This document shows, piece after piece, positions 1-13,401 of a DNA stretch of 64,000 nt. The translations under genes were made by a program, and so were the position numbers. The DNA is taken from the NCBI GenBank assembly GCA_001600815.1, contig BCKZ01000006.1, positions 683,048 to 747,047 of the forward strand, read 5' to 3'. A model generated the notes under the pieces. The model had not been told where the DNA came from. It did not search any database and saw nothing but the letters and a program-made list of their open reading frames with translations. The stretch is from Alloascoidea hylecoeti. Its lineage: Eukaryota. Numbering within the stretch: position 1 is the first letter of the stretch; every line of letters starts with the position of its first letter.

Positions 1-578
1 CTTACTCATGGTAACAAGACGATCACTATCACTACTGCTGGTACTGTAACAGTTACTGATTGTCCTTGTACAATTACCACCACTACATGCCCACCATCTG
101 GTCCAACAACAACACCCCCAGCTCCAGCACCTCCAGGTCCAGCACCTCCAGGTCCAGCACCTCCAGGTCCAGCACCACCAGGCCCCGTACCACCAGCTCC
201 AGCACCACCAGGCCCAACACCACCAGCTCCAGCACCACCAGGCCCAACACCACCAGCTCCAGCACCACCAGNNNNNNNNNNNNNNNNNNNNNNNNNNNNN
301 NNNNNNNNNNNNNNNNNNNNNNNNNNNNNNNNNNNNNNNNNNNNNNNNNNNNNNNNNNNNNNNNNNNNNNNNNNNNNNNNNNNNNNNNNNNNNNNNNNNN
401 NNNNNNNNNNNCACCACCAGCTCCAGCACCACCAGCTCCAGAACCACCTGTCAACCCCTCCACTACGCCAAACAAACCCTCCATCCCAACTGCTACACCT
501 AACAGTGGTGCTAATAGATATTCTGTTGGTGGTGGACTTATTGCCAGTATTATTGCTGTTGGGCTCTCTTTATTCTAA
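1..578 (+). CDS. GPI-anchored cell-wall protein/adhesin-like, 3' partial, Pro-Ala/Gly repeats, interrupted by assembly gap 272-411
   Basis: Frame 1 from base 1 reads LTHGNKTITITTAGTVTVTDCPCTITTTTCPP then (PPAPA/PPGPA)n; the TVTDCPCT motif is typical of fungal wall proteins. After the gap the frame ends NSGANRYSVGGGLIASIIAVGLSLF*, a GPI signal. The ORF-track frame before the gap is the wrong one. Confidence 0.8.
116..446 (+). repeat. 15-bp coding minisatellite (ccagctccagcacca-type) spanning the N gap
   Basis: Tandem 15-nt units on both sides of the gap. Confidence 0.85.
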
Positions 579-3053
579 TAAGATAAATTATTTGATTTTT
601 GCTTCTTAATGGTTTTATTACACTCTTCTGTGACTAATTCCAGATATTGCACATATATTGAAATTCTTGTAAAGAAATCTATTTAATATTCAAACTACGT
701 TTTTTGGAGTTCTTTGCCTTTAGCCCATAGCTTTAGATTTACTTTTCTTTATTGCAAAAGGGCTACATGAATGTCCTATTAGCTTCCGCCTCTTTTTTGA
801 ATTCTTTTTCAACCTTGAGATTTCTATATTTTCCAATTTTATTATTGTTTTTTATACTTTTTTCTGAGCTCTATTACATTGTATATTTATGCATGCATTA
901 ACTAACAATATTGCTGTATGTTACATAATTATAAAACAAAAATTTCTTTTATATAAACAACTAGTTCATATATATTTCCTTAGAACTATAACTAATTTCC
1001 TACAATAATAACTATAAAATAAATAAAATTTCTTTCAATGTTTCATCTAATAAAAGTCTAAATTAACGTTAACGTTTTGCCATTTACCATTTACCTGAGT
1101 AACTAATAGTCTCAATTTCAATCTAGTTTTTACTAATTGGGATTCCTATAAATATTTGTGAATGTATAATTTCACAAAGTAGTTGCTTATGGAAGGGTAA
1201 AAAGTATAAAATTGAAAAATTAATAGGTAAAGCTTAATTATAAGACGTAAATGAGGATGCATATGCATGTATGTTTGCATATAATCGCATCAAACCTGAA
1301 ATTGATATTTAATGCGATTTTATATTATTCTCTTTTCTGTTTAGATGGCAAACAATGCAATTGAGTTATCGTTCAAGCTCTTATACAAGTGACTTCCTTG
1401 CCACATTAATAATTGTACATGAACCACTATCCACTATCCACTATCCACTATCTAGCTATATCTTTGAAAACTTGTTACATGCATATGATTATAAAGCCAT
1501 ATATTTTCAATATTATTAAGAACTCTGCTCATAGTATGTGATGTAGTTGTAAAAAGATCCTTAATTATAGCTTTAGTTTCAATTCTAATGGTTACAAAGA
1601 ATGGAAATTAATACTCAAATGTAGTAGATTAAATTAATGGTAAAATTTAAGAGATGTACTACATTTAAAACTATATCCATTAGTATTTGTCTGTGGTATT
1701 CATATGATTGCATCGAGTAGCTGAGCTAACTAAAATATTATTGTGTGAGAAGTTTTTTTTATATCATGTAGAGCCGTTGAGCAAATAACTATGTTCAAAT
1801 CGCTTAATTATCCCTCCTCTTACTGAGAATTAATGACAATTTTTTTAATCCTCCCACACACTTCCGATGACATACATTACTTCAGTATCGATCCCACAAG
1901 TACAGACCATTATATCCACCCCTTTCATACCAATAATAGCATATTATATTAGGTAGCCAATAGAAGGGAATTTGTATGTTTTCTCAACTGAGTATATATA
2001 TTTAAAGGTTTATTGGATTATCTATTGTATTTTATACTCTGGTGATAGTAACGCGCTCTAAGATAAATCCCAATACTCCAAATACATAATATGTGAATCA
2101 AAACACAACAATTTTATTACTCAATGCTTAAAATTAAAGCACCATTGATTTCAACTTAATCAGAGCATAACATGTACTACCGGTATATTCATTTTTATTT
2201 TATTTTTATACAATTAATCCCGCAACAAGATTGCAAAGAGATCTTCCCATGTGAATGGGTTAAACAAGGACAACATCCCTCCCGCGAATAAAAAGATAGT
2301 GAAATAACACTAGATGAAGCTACTCATGAAAACGATTGCAAATAATGGAAAAGTTAGTGATGTCAGGGGAAGAAGATGAGGCAACTAAGACCCAACCTAT
2401 GCAGCTGGACTTGTATAGGAGGAACTTTAGTAGCTTATCGGATCTCCACTTGAAAAGTGAATTACCCGCAGATGAGAAAAACCTATGTAACTACTATAGA
2501 GGGACTCACTGCAATTGTTCCTTGTATTACGGAATTTCCAGTAATGGAAATTATTGAAGAAATGGAAACTTCAAAAGAGCCCATTAACACAGCTTCCGTA
2601 ATAGAGCGCTTGAAGAAGGCATTACCTGGTTCTCCACTAAATTATCCCTAAAATTGACAGGTTAAATACTTTTATAATTTTGATTTCGAATTTTTAGACA
2701 TCTTGAGAATTATGTCTTGATTTTCGATTTTTCCTTGGAAGAAGCCGAACCTACAAATCCTTTTTTCTCCACTTTCAACTTCAACTCTTTTTTTAAAATT
2801 CCCAATCCCCTCACCTCACTCAATCTTTAATATATCCAAGTTTAAAGGATTCCTCAGAAATCTTTGGAAAAATCCACTTTTTAATATAAATGTATTATAA
2901 TTAGTGAATCAAAACTACATATGATATAAGCGTTTACCTATAACTATAAGTTAAAAGTAAATTCAACTTCAAATATTAAAAATTCTACCTAATCCCAGAA
3001 TTATAGCGATAAGTTTATAAACACAGGTTTATAATTACTAATATAAATGTCCA

Positions 3054-4672
3054 TTATTGTTTTATAGTAGATGTTAAGTATTGCTTTAATATGACATTTC
3101 GAATATCATCGTCAACAACATAAAGTTTAACATCCGAAATGACACTTTCAGGTAAAATATTAATAAAATCAGAAAATAACTCTTGTATTTGATTATCATC
3201 AATTTTAGTATTTATAATTGTTTCATGATTATTTTGTAACCATTCTGTAGTTATTTTTTTTAATATTTTACTTTTCATTATAAATTGTTTTAAATTAACA
3301 ATTCTTTCTTCTTGTGATGATTTCATTTCACTATGAAATAATTTAAATATTTTTTCCTTTTCTCTATCTGTAAGTTTTGAATTTGCAAAATTTGGTTCCT
3401 TTCGATATTTTCTTTTGAAATCTATATAGAAACGTTTTGATTTGAAATGAGTTTTGATAAAATTAATAAACTCAACCTTAGGATTTTTTGTTTTTACTAA
3501 AGTTATGTCGCTAGTAGAAGATACTTCCTCACGATCTTGGTCTTGGTCTTGGTCTGGATTTAAAATTGAAGTTTGAATTGATTGTTTGTTTGAATCATTA
3601 ACACTGCTATTAATACTTGTTTGATTTATAAATTCTTTGGCCCATTGATCGTATATTTTTCTTCTTTGTTTGCTAGAATCATAAATTAGATATCGTTCAT
3701 CTTCTAATAATTTTTCATATTCATTATCCCAATTACTATCTGGGTTTATTTTGTTATCAACGAGCATTGCCTAGAAAAAAGAATAGTTTGTTAATTTCTG
3801 ATAAATGGCTATTCGAACAAGCGAGTTTAAATGAAATTCACTTACAATAAATATTGATTCCTTTTGTTGGGGTGTTAGTTCTTCATCATCTGATGAGAGG
3901 TCTAGATCTGCTAGGTCAATCTCATCATCATCTTTCATGTGAGTTGTTATTGGATTGTCATTTTCCGTTCCAACGACATTTTCATCTGCGGAATTCGTTT
4001 GGTTCTCTTCCTTGGGAGCTTCATCGTTAAGCAAATTTAGAGTTTCTTCAATCATAGTATCATTATTATGAGTTTCCTCAACAGGTTCAACGTGATATTC
4101 AGTTTCTTCATTTTCCTCAAGGATAACAATACGATGGTTGGATACAATTGCTTCTGTTTTTTCTTTATTGCGGTTCTTCTTCAGTCCTCTTGCTTTTGCA
4201 AGTGTGATGATTATTGTATCTATATCAATCTCATCCACAGAGTCAAGAACTTTTTGACTCGGAGGAGTCCAAAATGATTCTTTTGTAGATTTGTTATGAA
4301 AAAAATGACGTCCTGATTTTAAAAATACTAATGCCCATGGTTCAAAAGATAAATCTATTTTAAATCGTGGTTTATCTTTATTTCGTTTCTTTTTGGTGGA
4401 AGTTTTCCTTTTTCTTTTAATTTGTGATGATGAATCATTTGATTGCTTCTTTATTTCATTATTGAGTTGAGTTTCAGGATCTGGTTTTGGTTTTTCATAT
4501 GTTGATTGTTGAGTAACAGAATTGTAATAATAATAATGACCTTTTGAAATAATTAATAAACTGTTGAAAATAAACACGATAGAAATAACATACCCGAAGG
4601 AGCCAAATGACGAGACCAATTTAACGGCAGAGATATATTTTCTATATTTTCTATATCTGGTTTATTTAACAT
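3054..4672 (-). CDS. URN1: WW/FF-domain pre-mRNA splicing factor (Urn1/Dre4-like); introns 4593-4541 and 3845-3771
   Basis: Spliced WW domain LPLNWSRHLAPSG|HYYYYNSVTQQSTYEKP, second WW-like EPWALVFLKSGRHFFHN, FF-like IAMLVDNKINPDSNW; GTATGT..AAG and GTAAGT..TAG introns restore frame. Confidence 0.8.
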
Positions 4673-4825
4673 TTTGAAGATGGAGTGAAAAATGAAGATA
4701 GATTTATAAATTTGGGAGGCCATTTGTCATGTGATGTAGAAAACCAATTGCAATTGCAACTTCGCATCACTACTCCATCAGTTTGGCCACCACCTCCAAA
4801 ATCCAAAAAAAGAAGTATTTTAGAA

Positions 4826-5819
4826 ATGGGAAGCAGAAGATATGACAGTCGAACGACAATTTTTTCTCCAGAAGGGAGACTGTACCAGGTAAGTTTATTG
4901 TCATTTAACCAATTGAACCTGACTGTGATGGAACGAAGCAAAATCCCAACCCTCCAGGTTTGCCACTATACATATTTCTAACAGGTTTATATTCACCATC
5001 TTATAGGTAGAGTATGCTCAAGAAGCTATTTCCCATGCTGGTACCTCAATTGGAATTTTGGCCAAAGATGGAATTGTTTTGGCTGCTGAAAGAAAAGTTA
5101 CAAGTAAATTACTGGAACAGGATACTTCTGCTGAAAAAATGTATACCTTGAATGAGTATGTCTTTAACTATGATTTCAAACTACGCGTAAATATCTTTTA
5201 ACTAACTGAGCTAGTAATATGGTATGTGCCGTCGCTGGTCTTACTTCGGATGCAGGAATTCTCGTCAATCTTATCAGATCCACAGCTCAAGATCATCTTA
5301 AAACATACAATGAACAGATCTCATGTGAAGTATTAGTTCGTACCGTGTGTAACTATAAACAAGGGTATACACAACATGGTGGTTTACGTCCATTTGGTGT
5401 TTCTTTCTTGTATGCTGGATGGGATGATAAATACGGATTTCAACTATATACTTCAAATCCATCTGGTAATTTCTCAGGTTGGAAGGCTACTTCTGTTGGT
5501 GCCAACAACTCTGCTGCTCAAACTCTGTTGAAGCAGGATTATAAAGATGATATTGATTTAAAAGGTGCTAAAGAATTAGCTTTAAAAGTATTGAAAAAGA
5601 CTATGGATAGTTCAAATCTTACCAGTGAAAAGAGTATGTATTTTTTTTTATTCGACTGAGTCAATTAATAATAATTTATTAACAAATGTGTTCTTAGTTG
5701 AATTTGCAACTGTTGGTAAAGATAGAAATGGAAAGGTTTATCATCATATATGGAAACCTGCTGAAATCCATGAACTGTTAAAAGAACAAGGGCTTATCAA
5801 GGAAGAAGAAGAAGACTAG
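4826..5819 (+). CDS. PRE9: 20S proteasome alpha-3 subunit; introns 4889-5006, 5156-5214, 5634-5697
   Basis: [33 protein letters not shown]...[16 protein letters not shown]; canonical splice sites join exons in frame. Confidence 0.95.
4959..4967 (-). promoter_or_regulatory. PACE-like (Rpn4) site AGTGGCAAA inside PRE9 intron 1
   Basis: tttgccact on + strand, one mismatch from GGTGGCAAA, in a proteasome gene. Confidence 0.45.
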
Positions 5820-6055
5820 ATTAATCTATATAGTTGTTAAACAATAAAAATAGAAAGTTATCATAACGATTAGATAAACACTAATTATTAAGTAAATGCT
5901 AAATATGTATTGTGTCTATCATACTATCAATAGACATAAAGATATTAATATTAAAATACTTGAGAATGAATTAAATATACCTAAATCAAACTTTTCAAAC
6001 GCCACATGTATAAATGCAAAAAAGTGATATAACCATAAAGATAAAGAGTTAGAAA

Positions 6056-6601
6056 TCATAAAATAATACTCATCATTGAATAACTTGACATTGTGACAAA
6101 TAAGATCTGAATGACACCCCAGCACATTGGGATCCAAACAGTCATTGAAAAAAACCCAGCTCGATAAATGATTGACAATCTAATATGTTTGGTTAGCTCA
6201 AAATATTCCACTTTGTATTATTTGATTATACCACATACAATAAACCAACAACAGTACCACTCGTACAAGCTTGAATGCCACCGATCATAAGATATGTTAA
6301 GATTATATACAATCCTCCCATTATCTTCCTATGCATAAGTGCGGCGTATAGGCCAGCAGCCCCATAAAAAGCAGCGAAGAAAATCAAGGTCCAGTATAAA
6401 GTGAATTTCCAGATATCTGTTGTATAATATAGGTAAGTGTTGTCACCGGAGTCCCCAGCATAAGGCCAGTACAATGATGGGAATGGCGGAGTGGCATATC
6501 CTATCGGAGCATCGGCAGTGGAACCGATATGATGTGTTCTGTGGATATAATTAATATGTTGTTGAAATCAAAAGAAAACCTTTAAACGTTTCTTACTTCA
6601 T
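6056..6601 (-). CDS. TMEM170-family small membrane protein (YPR153W/May24-like); introns 6596-6539 and 6238-6180
   Basis: Spliced MKTHHIGSTADAPIGYATPPFPSLYWP...LYYTTDIWKFTLYWTL...IYRAGFFSMTVWIPMCWG; several hydrophobic helices. Confidence 0.8.
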
Positions 6602-7319
6602 TTGCAGTTCAATCGATAATTTAATTTTGAAGGGCAGACAGACGCTTCGATATCAACACATCCATACACCCATAATTCACACTGCATAGTAACATGATAA
6701 AATGCTTCTTAATTTTATACGGTAGCTTATAGATGTTACAGTTCTCTGGTTATAAAGGGCTAATATCATTAGAAGTCTTCAATTGAAAATTCTTCGCAAT
6801 TGAATAACTGATGTATTATGTAAGTTATACTTCCAAACGGTTGATTATAAATGTCTTAAATATTTAGTCCTTAATTTTCTGTAAAATCATAAATAATAAG
6901 ATTACCACCCAAATTGATGTAATAGGAAGAAAACATTCTCTTACACAATATCTTCTGTTATCATATCCAACTGGTAAGAAATCAAATCGATTTTGACTTC
7001 AAGATTTGTAAATAAGGGCATGTTACAATTGTTAAAATGGGCATTGTCTATGTTCTTTTCAATAGTTGGAGCAGAGAGTAGAATATTAACTATAAACGAA
7101 AAGGATTGCTATCCTTCCTGTCCGTCACGTTACATACACATGATTGTTACATGGAAGCTCGCTCCTTTTGTGGAGATGAAAAAAAAAGATTATCCACCTT
7201 ACCGCCCTTCTATATGAAGATATTAGGCACTACTTATACATGAATTAATTCCTTGCTCTTGTAGTGTTTGAGTTACTTAAAATTACTTCTTTGCTATTAC
7301 GTTCTGTTCTAGTCCATAC

Positions 7320-7878
7320 AAGCGGGAAATGGAAAACCGATGTTTGAGATTACACTGAATCACTTTTTACGCGTATTTGAACCGTAAAATATCCCGTAAC
7401 AAGATTGTAAAATACTTCGCCGTTCTTAGATCTTCCAAAATTATAGGTTTGATAAAACTCAATAACTACGAATCAACATTACTTGAGCAAACAATGGGTC
7501 GTGGTTTTTTTAAATAGACATGATAAGATTCTTTACAAGCCGGCTCACGTAGAACATATGGTTACTATGCATACACGTTCAGGAAAACATATTAAACAAG
7601 AACAAATGTCTAAAAGCCAACAATCTACATCCCATGTTGCAGATCCTATTTTTCTAACTATTAACCGAAGGAAAGCTGATAGAGAATTGCTATTAGCTGA
7701 AATGAGATCTAATCGTGAACTCATGAGCAAACAAATGGAGGTGGAAATGGAAGTGTCCAATACACATCACAATGAACTAATGAACCAGTTATTACGCCTC
7801 TCGTTACCCAAACTTAGACCTCATAAATTAATAATTGATATCCTGAAGGATGGTAATTTATTTAAGTGTATAATATAA
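7320..7878 (+). pseudogene. Degenerate dispersed-repeat relic followed by short ORF beginning MHTRSGK (possible retroelement gag-like fragment)
   Basis: 7323-7520 is colinear with 20618-20865; the ORF from ATG 7567 has a coiled-coil-like stretch; no RT/IN/LTR seen. Confidence 0.35.
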
Positions 7879-7956
7879 CATTAATTAAATGGTTAATTGT
7901 TTAAGTTTAAATTTTTATAAATATTGCACTGATATATCATTAATTATGTATTATTT

Positions 7957-9651
<1,695 letters not shown>

Positions 9652-10836
9652 TTATTGATGACCACAACTGATAAAATATATAATTAACAAAGCAGTAATC
9701 GAGATTATATACCCCATGTATATTAAATTTCTTAATATTAATCATCTTATATATATTGGTAATAATGCCAGATGATTGGATACTCTAAATGAACTGATGT
9801 GTTTCTTCTGCTATATTGTTGATTTTATTTTTTGTCTTATCACACCACCTTGAATAATCGAAAAATTCTCGGTGGTGTTGTATCAGCCGCAGAACCATTA
9901 TTGGAATTTAACACATCCACCAATATGGCATTGCTTTATTTTTTCATTTCTAAACATTAAACTCTTAAAATAGGTTACTTTTATTAAATTGAACTTTGCA
10001 ATTGATATCAACAAGAAGAAAAATATCATGATAATGAATCAACGAATAGTTTAAGCTTTATGTTTAAATCATGTGAGCCTTGAAATCCGTTATACTACAA
10101 ATCCGAATAATAAAGTGGTTTCATTTTTAGCAGAAACACATAATTTTTAGACATTTGAAATAACAAATTCTATGGAACGTTAACGGCTTCACGGACAATT
10201 GCAGTATTTTATATACATATAATACAATCAAAAAATTATTAAGAAGGCTTTATTCATTTCAAAATTGCAATTGCCAAAGGAGGATTTTCTATCGGATTTA
10301 TATAAATATTGCCGTGTGTAGTTCTAATTATACCGTTCATGATTTATAAAATAAGCATGCTATAATTTATAAAAGTTGTTATAACTTATATATTTATATA
10401 TGTGGTCTATATGAATTATTATAAATTTTATACCTGTAAGTTATGGGCTATACAATACAAAAAATACTATAACCATAAAAATAGCTTACAAAATAGGCAC
10501 ACCTAATGAACACACTCTGTTCTATTAAACTTCAAGAAGAAGAAAGAATTAATTAACGTATGTGAATATGGATGAAGGATATCGATATCTCAAACCAACA
10601 ACCAGATCTAGAGGTGAAAAAGACGGACACGTTGCTTCTGATGCTACTGTAAGCCAAGAGAGCTTCAAATAGAATGTGTTTCATGTATCCTAGTTTCTGT
10701 TTTTTTTTTTAACTTTTTATATATTTTCTAATTAAATTATAGAGAAGTTTATCACTCGTTAATCTTAAAAGAAAAGGCATAGACCATAAAGTCAGTCACT
10801 GGAGATATATTGGCATATTTCCAAACCATGAATTAG

Positions 10837-10908
10837 TCGGTAATAGTTTAGTGGCTAGAATTTCCGCCTGTCACGCGGGGGACCGGGGTTCAATTCCCCG
10901 TTACCGAG
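10837..10908 (+). tRNA. tRNA-Asp(GTC)
   Basis: TCGGTAA/TTACCGA acceptor stem, anticodon loop CTGTCAC, GGTTCAATTCC T arm, downstream T-run. Confidence 0.95.
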
Positions 10909-11229
10909 TTTTCTTTTTGGTTTTCCTTTTTTTATCGTGTTTTCTGGACTTTCCGTGACACAACACTGGACCACTGGATATGGTTGTCAGTGGTTGAACA
11001 GCTTGAGCCCCTTGCGTCAATCTCTATTATTGCCATTTCGATCCTTTTCTGTGCTTAAAATTTCATAATTTAACTTAATTTCGAACTTTCTGAGTACGAT
11101 ATTGATGAATAAATATTAGCAAGCTGATATATGCTACAAAAATCTTCGCCCCACGTACTATGTTCTTTTGAGTGGCTTTATTCCATCCATGAGCACACTT
11201 GATGACTTCAGGTTACAGCTATTCTGTTG

Positions 11230-12220
11230 CCGTTGATAAGGAATATATTCCCGTTTGTCTTGTTTGTCCTGTAGATTCTGTTCTCCATCAACGTGAATGT
11301 GAGCCAAATATAGTATACCATGGCCGATAATTATTTACAATTATATTATCTATTAGAATAGTATACCTAAAGATTTATAAGACATGAGATAACGTATAGC
11401 ATTTCCATTTTATTTTAAAATAAAAATGCCTAAGTTACTGAAGAAATATAAATAGTAACAAAAGAGGTTTAGAAATTAGAAATTAGAAAATCGTTAAGAA
11501 ATGTGACTGTAATGTTAACCATCTTGTGAACTTTATAATAAGGAAGTTGAAAAGTTTTACAAATTTCTTTTTTTAGAGTCTGAACCATCAAAATTGCAAG
11601 TAACTTGAAGATTAGCTTGAATGTAAGACTAATGTTTATATTCAAACTTCAAACTTTAATAGATTATAAATGTGTTCTAAATATTCGACCTTCGTATTGC
11701 TTTCTTTCGAATAGTTTTATTCTGTGAGCACTGAGCAGTCATATTTGGCAATGACTCCTACCTACTGTTGTTCTATTGAAGTTGGTAAGGACTAGGTACC
11801 TGTTGACCTTGTTAGCTTTGCTGGTTGTGTAGATTCCTTTCTAAAAACAACACACATGTGGCGATAATTATTCATCCATATGGGTGAAATTAAGTGAAAT
11901 AACCTCGGCTATAATAAGTTTATACTTGATCAACTGAACTACAAAATTAAAATGATTTCAAAATATTTACAATTATATTGTTAATTAGGATAATATATAG
12001 CTATAAGGTATATAACATGACATAAAGTATAAATTTTCTATTTTATTTTAAAATAAAAATGCCTATACAAAAGTTAGAAGAAATATAAAAGTAAAGTAAT
12101 TAAATAAAAAGGTTTAATTTAAAAAATTGAAAAATCGTTTAGAGATGTAATTATAATGTTAAACCATCATATGAATTTGAAAAGGTTTTTACAAAATATT
12201 TCATTTTTAGAATCTGAACG
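11230..12220. repeat. Diverged direct tandem duplication (copies ~11230-11590 and ~11780-12220)
   Basis: Shared blocks gttgRtaagga, tgtagattc, cgataattatt, attttattttaaaataaaaatgccta, gaagaaatataaa, aaaatcgtt, ttttagaRtctgaac in the same order. Confidence 0.7.
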
Positions 12221-13177
12221 TATCATTATTTTATATTATTGTATAATTTTTAATTCCTAATATTGATATTAAAAAAAAAAACTTGTATAACAATAAATAA
12301 ACCTTTAATAATATTTATAAAATATATTATAAAAATCTTAAAATTGTTAAAAGAAAAAAATTATAAAATGATTGATAGTTACGAATAATAAAATAAAAAT
12401 TTTGAAGGTTTCAAAAATCAAATATCAAAAATCAAAGTCAATAAGATTTTAAAAGAAAAGTGAAATGTTAAAAAAATTAAAAAGTAAATAAAATGAATAA
12501 TTGCAAAACGAATGAATGAAAGGAAACAAAATAATACCTACCTATTAAAAGGTAAATGATAATAGCAATTCAATTGCAATTATAGGCTTTATATACAATT
12601 TAGATTTGATTGATAAAAGAAAAAAATATATCATGAGAGTTAAAAACGAATAAAATGGTTGTAATGATTAAATATAGACAATGCTAAAAGGCTAAGTTAA
12701 ATTAAGTTAAAAAGGATATAAAATAAGAAAGCCATATAAACGAATAAATGTAAATCAATGAAGTGAAGTGAAGTAAAGTAAATGATATTTAGAATGAGGT
12801 ATGAATGAGAATGATAAAAAAAATTATAAAAGCAAAGATTCTATTTTGAAAAAAAGAGAAATCAAAATATCAAATGAATAAATCTAAGAGAATAATCAGA
12901 AAGATTATTATTGATGATCATTTTAGATAATAAAGCATGTTGTAATGATTCAATTGCATTTCACATTTGTTATGGAATTCCAGATTCTAATCAATTGCAA
13001 TTTGCAATGTTTTATTAATATTAAATGAATGTTTTTTTTTTTTTTTTTTTTTTGTTATAAAACTAGATTTTTCTTTTCTTTTTGTAATAATTTTTCAATC
13101 TTTAAATGAATAAGAATAGAAAATAAGGTTTTCTTTTGTATGATTGGTTGATTGGTTGGTTAGTTTTTTTTTCTAGG

Positions 13178-13265
13178 TTTTTGAATTTTTGAATTTTTGA
13201 ATTTTTGAATTTTTGAATTTTTGAATTTTTGAATTTTTGAATTTTTGAATTTTTGAGTTTTTGAA
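13178..13265 (+). repeat. (TTTTTGAA)n microsatellite, ~11 copies; further simple repeats (TATAAA)n and (GATTGT)n to ~13365
   Basis: Directly visible. Confidence 0.9.
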
Positions 13266-13401
13266 CTGAATGCATTTTTTTTGTTAATTTTTAATATGAA
13301 GATAAATATAAATATAAATATAAATATAAATTAGTGATTGTGATTGTGATTGTGATTGTGAATGTGAATATATTGTAATGTGTAGTGTTTGTTATATATT
13401 G

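Noticed and set aside
60..271. ORF-track Ser/Thr/Arg-rich frame and the antisense 83..484 ORF
   Set aside because: Alternative frames of the Pro-rich repeat; the frame offset comes from the estimated gap length
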